From a virus: a DNA stretch of 64,000 nt. The notes beneath the pieces are model-generated. The model did no database searches. It saw only the letters and a list, made by a program, of their open reading frames with translations, and was not told the origin of the DNA. Location of the stretch: the IMG/VR virus record IMGVR_UViG_3300045988_106851, positions 11,316-75,315 of that record; one strand, written 5' to 3'. A program made the translations under genes and the position numbers. Shown here piece after piece: positions 25,034 to 32,335 of this stretch (position 1 is the first letter of the stretch; the number at the start of each line of letters is the position of its first letter).

Positions 25034-25551
25034 TACGCACAGATTTTACGTCCTAACTTGGTTCTGCTAATAAACATATCTACAAATCCATATAGATAAA
25101 ACATTGCCGTTATTATCATTACGGTAAAGCAGGAATCTATCATATCATTTGTTGTGTACCAACTCCATTCCACGATATGAGCCGCATTGACACCGAAAAA
25201 ATAAAAGAATGGGATGCGGTATCTCCAGCAAAGGAAGAAAAATCGGCTTGCTAATATCAAAACCATTGGAAGAACATACACCATGAAATATATGTAGAGA
25301 TAACAAGGCATATTCTCTGCATAAGGAATGAACATGTCTCGTGGATGCTGAGAAAAATCCCACATCCCGTATGCGTGGAAGCACATGATAATTATTGGAA
25401 CGTACTTGCAGAACCAGCGAAAGAACTTCAAAATTCTCCTTGAATACCTGTTACCATGTTTCATCAGCAACGATATAATCTCGCTGACGTCTTTGCCTTG
25501 CAACCACCTTAGGAGGTTGTCCTCGTCATCCTTTGTCATAAGCGTAAACAA
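25033..25551 (-). CDS. multi-pass membrane protein
   Basis: About 4 hydrophobic helices. Confidence 0.5.
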   Translation of the reverse strand: MFTLMTKDDEDNLLRWLQGKDVSEIISLLMKHGNRYSRRILKFFRWFCKYVPIIIMCFHAYGMWDFSQHPRDMFIPYAENMPCYLYIYFMVYVLPMVLILASRFFFLCWRYRIPFFYFFGVNAAHIVEWSWYTTNDMIDSCFTVMIITAMFYLYGFVDMFISRTKLGRKICA

Positions 25552-25574
25552 TAGTTAGTTAGTATGGATAATCG

Positions 25575-25582
25575 CAAAGTTA
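25575..25582 (-). promoter_or_regulatory. -7 promoter box TAACTTTG (minus strand)
   Basis: About 24 nt upstream of ATG 25551. Confidence 0.5.
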
Positions 25583-25638
25583 GGCAATTCTCTGATAACC
25601 ACGCCTCTCTCAACGGCCTTTAACACTTCAAAGCACCC

Positions 25639-25688
25639 AAAAAAACAACGGATGCCGCCCCTGTCTATCACGACAAGACCGGCATCCG
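25639..25688 (-). terminator. intrinsic terminator (minus strand)
   Basis: 9-bp stem cggatgccg/cggcatccg, then T7 on minus strand. Confidence 0.65.
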
Positions 25689-25948
25689 CAGGTTCTCTAA
25701 CCACATAACTCAAAAAAAACATTTACATAATCGTTAAAATCATAACAATCTTTAACTTTCTAATCAATATGAACCAAAACCGCAGTTTCCCGTGCTGTCG
25801 CAGCACTCGCGTTAACCACGTTGGCAAGTAGCTCTTCTGAATTATTATTAGATATTCCTGAAAGAAAGAATGCTACCTGCCCAAGTCTCTTGTTACTTAC
25901 ACAACTTTAGCCTTTACACATTAATTCACTAAAAAGAGAGTTCTTTAT
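25639..25948 (-). ncRNA. candidate non-coding transcript of about 300 nt (promoter to terminator, no ORF)
   Basis: -7 box at 25954-25961, terminator at 25639-25688, only 4-6 codon ORFs between, internal hairpin gtgctgcgacagcac. Confidence 0.3.
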
Positions 25949-25953
25949 ATCCA

Positions 25954-25961
25954 CAAAGATA
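25954..25961 (-). promoter_or_regulatory. -7 promoter box TATCTTTG (minus strand)
   Basis: Reverse complement of caaagata. Confidence 0.4.
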
Positions 25962-26075
25962 CGGAAAATACTTCTATCCCACAAACTTTTTCCGAAATAT
26001 TTTACTTAAATACTTTCACTCTATCCAGACAATCTGCCTACCACCATTCCACCTGTCAACCATCTATTACATCCA

Positions 26076-26114
26076 AGAAACAAAACCGTGGCAGGCCTTC
26101 ACGGTTTGCCACGG
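26076..26114 (-). terminator. intrinsic terminator ending the late operon
   Basis: Stem ccgtggca/tgccacgg followed by TTTTGTTTCTT on minus strand; a second hairpin at 26126-26145. Confidence 0.65.
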
Positions 26115-26288
26115 CTTCGAGAAGCCAGCCGTCTCCCGACGGCTGACCCCTCATCTGTTTAATTAACCTTTTACTCAAAAATAAAACCAAAAACTAAATC
26201 AAATACGTTATCCTGAATAATCTCTTTTACCTTTGGCCACCATGCCTATCTTCTTTCCTCTTCTCTTCGTTCCTCTCTTTCCTTTCCT

Positions 26289-26819
26289 TCACTTCGTCCA
26301 CAGCGTCAGCCACACGTCCGCGAACCCTGCCACCTCGGCCCAGTAGAGCCTGTGGAAGTACGACTTGCCCCTGCTCATGTACCATACGTTATCCAGTATC
26401 TTGTACGCCTCCGCCACGGCCACATAAGCCGCATACGTGGACGCCACAAGCACCGTAGGCCACCAGTTCACGCTCGTCGCCCAGCCCACGCAGCCAATGG
26501 CCGCCACCATCGCGCCGCCCTTGTGTACAGGGTAAGTGTCCTTGTCGCAGTAGTTAGGTGCGACACCCACTATCATGAGCCCCACGCAGCCCAGGAACGC
26601 CAGCGGTTGCGCGCCGCCTGCCTCCAGCATCACGGGCAGCATGGCGAGCGCGCTGCACATCATCACCAGGGAGAACACGAACCCCGTATTCTTCCTCCAG
26701 TCCTCAAGCTGATAGAACGTGTCGCTCACCATTTCGGGCAGTCCGAATTTCCATGCCATAATCACAAAATACGCGGCCAGCACCGCGAAAGCTATAATTG
26801 AAATCATCATAATCGTCAA
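26289..26819 (-). CDS. multi-pass membrane protein (last late gene)
   Basis: About 5 hydrophobic helices. Confidence 0.5.
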   Translation of the reverse strand: MTIMMISIIAFAVLAAYFVIMAWKFGLPEMVSDTFYQLEDWRKNTGFVFSLVMMCSALAMLPVMLEAGGAQPLAFLGCVGLMIVGVAPNYCDKDTYPVHKGGAMVAAIGCVGWATSVNWWPTVLVASTYAAYVAVAEAYKILDNVWYMSRGKSYFHRLYWAEVAGFADVWLTLWTK

Positions 26820-26890
26820 TCTTTTTTTACCTTAAAAATCTATATCAGTCTATAATAGTCTATAAAGGCCTATCGCCCTCAAATCCGTCA

Positions 26891-27508
26891 TCACTGAAAA
26901 ATTCTCCACGTGCATCCCACGCCCACCCACACGTCGGGCTTCCTCGTGAAGACCCCATACCCGAAGCCACCCGTCAGCCCCACGTTGAAGCGCCTGTTCT
27001 TCACTCTCCCCTCTACTCTTTTCGTTACGACCACCGTCTTCTGATATACCTCAATGCTGTCCAGCCTCGGCTCATATCCGCTAATCCACGCCGTGTAAGT
27101 GCTGTCCTCGTATCGCTTCTGCGTCCGTGGCACAACGGCCCATACCGTGTCCTTCCGGGCAATTTTGCCCGTTTCCTGCGCCTTTGAGCCACCTTTATTA
27201 ACCGTATGTCCGTCCATGACCTCAGACAGGCGGCACGGCTCAAAGACCTTTATCTCTGCCTTTGGAACAGTCGGCTCTGTGGGGAGTACCATTGGCACCC
27301 GTATCACCCCTGTCACCACGCTATCCTTGGCCATCGGCATCGTCTGCCTCACAGTGTCCCTTATCGTCACCGTGTCCACGGTCACCATTCCCTTGCCGTC
27401 GCGCGAATGGTAGTTGCAGTGGTTAGCCAGCCCAGCCCCAAGGCAGAAGCCAGCGAACGCCACCGCCGCCATCACCCCGACAATATTGTCTTTCTCTTTC
27501 TTGCTCAT
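26891..27508 (-). CDS. N-terminally anchored protein after the endolysin (spanin-position protein)
   Basis: Likely ATG 27508 (MSKKEKDNIVGVMAAVAFAGFCLGAGLA); position only. Confidence 0.45.
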   Translation of the reverse strand: MSKKEKDNIVGVMAAVAFAGFCLGAGLANHCNYHSRDGKGMVTVDTVTIRDTVRQTMPMAKDSVVTGVIRVPMVLPTEPTVPKAEIKVFEPCRLSEVMDGHTVNKGGSKAQETGKIARKDTVWAVVPRTQKRYEDSTYTAWISGYEPRLDSIEVYQKTVVVTKRVEGRVKNRRFNVGLTGGFGYGVFTRKPDVWVGVGCTWRIFQ

Positions 27509-27537
27509 GTCTTTATTTCTATTAAAGTTTATTTTCT

Positions 27538-28062
27538 CTAAACCTCCGATATGCAGCTGTTCGCCTTCTTCAGCCACGCCAAGCGGTCGGCCATGCCGTT
27601 CGTCCCGCCGTTGATACGCTTGGTGAGAGCCGTATAAGCGTCCTTGTCCGCGTAGATGTTCAAGTTGTTCCGCCGCCAGAACCACAGGGCCGACAGTATC
27701 GCGTATTTCGGCCGCTCCAGCAGCTCAGGGCACTCAAGGCACTGTATCCCCGTGTCCGCTTGCAGCAGCGTGTAGTTCTTCCTGCCAGTTACCTGCAAGT
27801 AGCCACGGCCCTTATACCTCACCCCGTCACCGGCATACACGTTCCCAAGGTCTTTCCTGCCCTCATACGCCTTGCCCGACGCTATCTCCTTAGTGTACGT
27901 CAGCCCCGCGCTCTCGTGCCCAATCTGCGCCAAGAAGTATCTCAACCTCCTCACCGTATCGAATCCATATTCCGCCATCAACGGGTTCATGGTTCTCACA
28001 ATCTCGAATATCTGCCTTTCCTTTCCTTTTCCGTAAAGGCTAACCAGTTCACTTGCCAGCAT
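27538..28062 (-). CDS. glycoside hydrolase family 19 (chitinase-like) endolysin
   Basis: YFLAQIGHESAGLTY...RYKGRGYLQVTGRKNY...INGGTNG. Confidence 0.85.
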   Translation of the reverse strand: MLASELVSLYGKGKERQIFEIVRTMNPLMAEYGFDTVRRLRYFLAQIGHESAGLTYTKEIASGKAYEGRKDLGNVYAGDGVRYKGRGYLQVTGRKNYTLLQADTGIQCLECPELLERPKYAILSALWFWRRNNLNIYADKDAYTALTKRINGGTNGMADRLAWLKKANSCISEV

Positions 28063-28096
28063 CTTTCCTGCCTCCTGTTTTTTATCGTTATCGTTG

Positions 28097-28624
28097 TTAT
28101 TGCCTATCCAGCCCGGATAGGTTTATCTCCAGCTGCTTCGGGTAGCCTTCCTTAATGTCATACTTCTCAACCTCTTCCACTGTCTTTAGCTCAGCCACCT
28201 CAGCCTTGTGCCTTGCCGTCGTGTTGAAGCATTCCAGCGCGTACAGCTCTATAGCCGACAGCAGCTTAATCACCGTGTCGCAGGGTATCGTCAGCTTCAC
28301 GTCGCCCATCCACAGGTCGGTCGTCTCCTGCCCTGTCGCTTTCGTTATCTCCGTCGAGTTCATCAGCCCGACCCTCGTCGCCTTGTCCAGCCAAAACACC
28401 GTGCCGTTCAGCTTGAAGCCATTAACCTTGTCAGAGATGTCGTATCGCTCTATCTCCTGCGTCTTGGTTTCCTTGGCCTGAGCCAGCAGTTCCTTCTCGC
28501 TTGGCACGTAAGGCTCATACCCAGCCTTGCGCAGCATCTCGTCCGTGGGGTTGCTCACCACCCTGCCGTCAATCTCCATCGTCATGTCGGCGAATACGCC
28601 GTCCTTAATCCATCTTTCCGTCAT
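28097..28624 (-). CDS. DUF4376-like protein (paralog of 31824..32303)
   Basis: VNGFKLNGTVFWL...ECFNTTARHKAEVAELKTVEEVEKYD...GYP. Confidence 0.55.
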   Translation of the reverse strand: MTERWIKDGVFADMTMEIDGRVVSNPTDEMLRKAGYEPYVPSEKELLAQAKETKTQEIERYDISDKVNGFKLNGTVFWLDKATRVGLMNSTEITKATGQETTDLWMGDVKLTIPCDTVIKLLSAIELYALECFNTTARHKAEVAELKTVEEVEKYDIKEGYPKQLEINLSGLDRQ

Positions 28625-28708
28625 AGTCTTATTGCCGTTTTTTTTTATTGTCCATTCCTCTCGCCCATAGAGCCTAATACGCCCAATGAGCCTAAAAACT
28701 TTCTCTTA

Positions 28709-29425
28709 TCACTCATCAACCCACTCGCTCATGGGGTGTATCTTGGAGGCGAGGCCAGACCAAATGTCAGCCGCCTTGTACGCCTCCACGCTCTCGTCGG
28801 GCACGTACATCTGCGGCCAACTCGTGTAAACAAAGGCCTCTTTACTACGCAGCGTCGGCGGAGTTTTCGCCAACACCCTCAGCTTCTTAATCAGTGGCGA
28901 GGAGAAGCACCAGTGCCCCACGAAGGTCAGCGTCTCGGGCCACTCCGTCATCTCCAGCACGTTGCATCCATCGAAGGTGTTGTCGTTGAACTTCGCCATG
29001 CCGGGCGACAACCTCACGCGCTTGAGCTGCGCGCATTCCATGAACATCGAGACGACGGTGCTCGTCGCCGCCAACGGGAACTCGAAGAACGTCAGAGCCG
29101 AGCCGCTAAGGTCGCACGCCGACCTCGTGACGCATGTCCAGTGCTCGGGGTAGCGTATCTCCACGAGGTTTTTCGCGTTATTCAGCCCGCCCCAGGCCCA
29201 TTGGGGGGCGTTAACGAACCACCTCAGCTCCGGCCAATACCTCACGGTGCTCTTCGGAAATCCGTCTCCGCTTTTGCCCGCCATGGCCTTCTTGTACCCC
29301 ATAACGTCACGTCGAGTTGTCAGCTCTTTGCCTTTCGCCCATTCCGCCACGGCATCGTCCTTCCACTCTATCGGTATGTCGAGGTTGGCGTACGTCCGCA
29401 TCAACCTCCTCCTTATCCTTCTCAT
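28709..29425 (-). CDS. BspA-type leucine-rich repeat protein
   Basis: Repeats of the type F..C..L..V.LP..a..I...aF. Confidence 0.6.
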   Translation of the reverse strand: MRRIRRRLMRTYANLDIPIEWKDDAVAEWAKGKELTTRRDVMGYKKAMAGKSGDGFPKSTVRYWPELRWFVNAPQWAWGGLNNAKNLVEIRYPEHWTCVTRSACDLSGSALTFFEFPLAATSTVVSMFMECAQLKRVRLSPGMAKFNDNTFDGCNVLEMTEWPETLTFVGHWCFSSPLIKKLRVLAKTPPTLRSKEAFVYTSWPQMYVPDESVEAYKAADIWSGLASKIHPMSEWVDE

Positions 29426-29437
29426 GCTCGCGTCCTC

Positions 29438-30760
29438 CTATTCCTTGTCCCACACGTACACCACGCCATACTTCTTTCCGCCTACGTCCCTGACGTTGAA
29501 CTCATAATGCCTGCCATACTTCAGCGTTGGCATGTCCGCCCATTGCACGCCCTCCGGCCACGTCACGGTCGGCACTGCGTTATCGTCGGTGTCGAACCCG
29601 CCCTCGTAGTCATGCGCGTGCGTCGTATCATCCGTGGCTTGCAGCGTCAGTGTCAGCGTGTTCGTGCTTGCCAGCGTGATGTCGTAATACTTGTTGGCCT
29701 CCAGTTCTATATCTTCCGCTTGCACGCTCACGCACTCCGCCTCCGAGAGGTATTCCTTGGCCGCGCTCATCGTCGCCTCGCAGTCAGCCATGAACTTGGC
29801 GTTGCTCTCCTCGCGTTTCCCTTCCGCCTCCTGCCTCACCTGTTCCGCTTGCGCCCTTGCGGTTTCCGCCTCGGCTCGCCTTGCTTCAGCCGCTTGTCTC
29901 GCTTGCTCCTGCTCTGTTCGCTCGCTCTCGGCTTCCGCGCGTGCCGTCTCAGCCGCCACTCTCGCCTCTTCGTTGCCAGCTCTCGCAGCCTCGGCGTTGT
30001 CGAATGCCGCCTTGTGCTCATCCATGCTCGCGATGGCCGAGTCTGTCTTTGTCTTCATCGCGCTGATGGCCGACGTGGTATCCGTCTCTCGCTTCTCCTC
30101 GGCTATCTGTCTTGCGGTCTCGTTATCCTGTCTTTTTGCCTCGTTATTCTTCCTCGTCAGCTCATTGGCCTCACGCCCTATCTCTGTCTTGGTTCGCGTG
30201 CCCTCGGCTTGCACTCTTTCGGCCTCTTGGCTTACACGTGTAAGCTCAGCTTGTACCCTCGATTCCTCACTCTTCGCTCTTCCCTCTTCACTTACCGTCA
30301 CCTGCTCGTTGAGTGCCGTCACCGTCTTCACGGTCTCTTCCGCCTCCTTTACCAGCGCTTCCAGCTCCCTGTCAGGCGGCAGTATCACCACGGCCGTGTC
30401 CATCTCCACCGAATCCTCGCCCTCGTCGGTCTCGCCCAGCTCCGTGTCGGCGTCAGCGTTCCTGTCAACGATAGCCACCTGCTCATACTCGTTGCTTCGC
30501 CAATCATTCCCGAATATCTTTCCGCGCACCTCCAGCGCGTAAGTGCCAAAATGTATCCGGTCTCCCTCGACCCTCGCCACTATCACGTTGTCCTCTTTCG
30601 CGTCAATTGTGTGAGCCAGCTCCAGCCGCCTGTACGCCGAGCACAACCTCACCACGATGTCGGTACAGCCCGGCAACGGGAACGCCACCTTCTCGCCATC
30701 AACTATCTTCACTACGGGTATCCTCATGGTGAAGTCATTACCTCTTACTATCCTTTTCAT
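29438..30760 (-). CDS. fibre-like protein with long central E/A/R/Q coiled coil
   Basis: N-terminal beta region, about 200 aa coiled coil, globular C-terminus. Confidence 0.5.
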   Translation of the reverse strand: MKRIVRGNDFTMRIPVVKIVDGEKVAFPLPGCTDIVVRLCSAYRRLELAHTIDAKEDNVIVARVEGDRIHFGTYALEVRGKIFGNDWRSNEYEQVAIVDRNADADTELGETDEGEDSVEMDTAVVILPPDRELEALVKEAEETVKTVTALNEQVTVSEEGRAKSEESRVQAELTRVSQEAERVQAEGTRTKTEIGREANELTRKNNEAKRQDNETARQIAEEKRETDTTSAISAMKTKTDSAIASMDEHKAAFDNAEAARAGNEEARVAAETARAEAESERTEQEQARQAAEARRAEAETARAQAEQVRQEAEGKREESNAKFMADCEATMSAAKEYLSEAECVSVQAEDIELEANKYYDITLASTNTLTLTLQATDDTTHAHDYEGGFDTDDNAVPTVTWPEGVQWADMPTLKYGRHYEFNVRDVGGKKYGVVYVWDKE

Positions 30761-30803
30761 GTCAAGTTTTTTGTTAAGTCACTCGTTTACCTACATTGAT
30801 TCC

Positions 30804-31400
30804 TCACTTTTCCTTCTCCTTTCCCACCTTCTCGAACGCCTCCTCCACGGCCTCGCCCATGGCAGGGTCTTTCTGCCTTGCCAACGCCACGGCGAAACCC
30901 TTGCCAAAAGCCATCAGATACCCCTTGATGGTGCGCTTCTCTATCCTCACGTTGTGTATGTAGAGGAAGTGGCCACCTATGGAGCTTATCTCGCACAGGC
31001 AGGCTATCACGCCGCCGACCCACGCGCCGAAGATGTAGTTTATGCCCACGAGCGGCAGAAAGCCAGCGCCTATCGCTTCCGCCACCATCATGAGCATGAG
31101 GTAGTCGATAAACTTGTTCAGGCTACGCCGCCACGCCCGCGAGCGGTGGAACTTATACACCTCCGCCAGCACCTTGTCACCTTGCTTTAACGCCTTGTCG
31201 CGCCTTAGCCTGCTCTCCTTGCAGCCGAAGCGGAAGTCGAGCATACATAGCAAGCCTATCGCTATCCAAATCCACTTGGAGTCCGTCAGCATCTGCGTTA
31301 TCTCCGAGGAGAACAACGTCATGCCGAAAGCTCTTACCCCTGTATGCACGCTGTTCCCCGTCAAGAAACTTGTCTGTAATACCGAGCTGCCCATCGTCAT
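30804..31400 (-). CDS. phage holin-family membrane protein
   Basis: Three TM helices plus charged C-terminal tail; lysis-cassette position. Confidence 0.55.
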   Translation of the reverse strand: MTMGSSVLQTSFLTGNSVHTGVRAFGMTLFSSEITQMLTDSKWIWIAIGLLCMLDFRFGCKESRLRRDKALKQGDKVLAEVYKFHRSRAWRRSLNKFIDYLMLMMVAEAIGAGFLPLVGINYIFGAWVGGVIACLCEISSIGGHFLYIHNVRIEKRTIKGYLMAFGKGFAVALARQKDPAMGEAVEEAFEKVGKEKEK

Positions 31401-31486
31401 ACCTTACCTGTTATTGTCGTTATCGTTCTTTTCGTTCTCACGATTCTATATTCTTCACTCTTCGTCCTTCACTCTAAGGGAGGGGT

Positions 31487-31783
31487 CTACATCATCCACA
31501 ACCAGCAACCAATCACGCCGCCAATGCACGTGAAAGCCCAGTCCAGCGCGTTGCTCTCACCCTCATAGGTCTGGTCGGCGACCTCCTTCAAGATGCCCAC
31601 CACCACTGTCACCATCATCGAGAAGCCGACGCACGTCCAGCGTCCCTCGCCAGCCACGCCCTGCATCAGCATGGCCGTGAAGAAGGCTATCACCAAGCCA
31701 GCCAATAAGTGCAAGTACCTGTCAGCCCCTGCCTTTGCCAGCCACTCACCAATAATCTTAAACACATTGTAAACCTTTTTCAT
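31487..31783 (-). CDS. small three-TM membrane protein (second holin/antiholin candidate)
   Basis: Hydrophobic helices; position. Confidence 0.45.
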   Translation of the reverse strand: MKKVYNVFKIIGEWLAKAGADRYLHLLAGLVIAFFTAMLMQGVAGEGRWTCVGFSMMVTVVVGILKEVADQTYEGESNALDWAFTCIGGVIGCWLWMM

Positions 31784-31823
31784 AATCTCTTTGTTTTTAA
31801 TCGTTATCGTTGTTATTGTCTAT

Positions 31824-32303
31824 TCAGCCCACCAAGCTATCCTTGCCGCCCTGTTCTCCGCCACCCTCGGCGGAACCTGTGTCCTCTTCGCTGGAGCCCT
31901 TGTCAAAGTCAATCATCTCCGGGTAGCCTGTGGTGTAGTCATAGTCGCACACCTCCTCCACGGTCGTCAGTTTCTCCACCGCTTGCAGGTGCTTCTCCGT
32001 CGCGTTCTGACATTCCGAGGCATACTGCTCAATCTTGGCCAGCATATCCCTGTAGGTCTCTATCGGCATCTTGTATTCCGTGCCGTCCCACATCTTCGTC
32101 ATCATCTTCTCCCCGTTGTGCTCGTAAGCGTCCAGCGCGATGGCCACCGCCTGCCTCTCTTGCAGCGTCAGCCACATCCGCTTGCCGCCCAGCTTAAAGC
32201 CGTTGACGGCCTCTGAATCGTTGTAGCCGTTAATCTCCGTTATCGTGTCGTTCTTCGCGCCTTGCAAGTAGCGCGCCTTCATTGCCTCACTGTCCCTTGC
32301 CAT
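31824..32303 (-). CDS. DUF4376-like protein
   Basis: VNGFKLGGKRMWL...ECQNATEKHLQAVEKLTTVEEVCDYD...GYP. Confidence 0.55.
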   Translation of the reverse strand: MARDSEAMKARYLQGAKNDTITEINGYNDSEAVNGFKLGGKRMWLTLQERQAVAIALDAYEHNGEKMMTKMWDGTEYKMPIETYRDMLAKIEQYASECQNATEKHLQAVEKLTTVEEVCDYDYTTGYPEMIDFDKGSSEEDTGSAEGGGEQGGKDSLVG

Positions 32304-32335
32304 AATCTGTCCGTTTTTATTAAGTCTATCATTGT

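Noticed and set aside
29750-30350. Repetitive-looking DNA in the 440-aa gene, considered as a tandem repeat or DGR variable region
   Set aside because: It encodes an irregular E/A/R/Q coiled coil. The repeats are degenerate at the nucleotide level, and there is no template copy or RT.
28208-30799. 863-aa plus-strand ORF, the fourth longest in the track
   Set aside because: It is antisense to four minus-strand genes with recognisable domains (DUF4376, LRR, coiled-coil fibre, holin). The product is an R/L/H/P-rich low-complexity string. GC-rich coding DNA commonly leaves long stop-free antisense frames.
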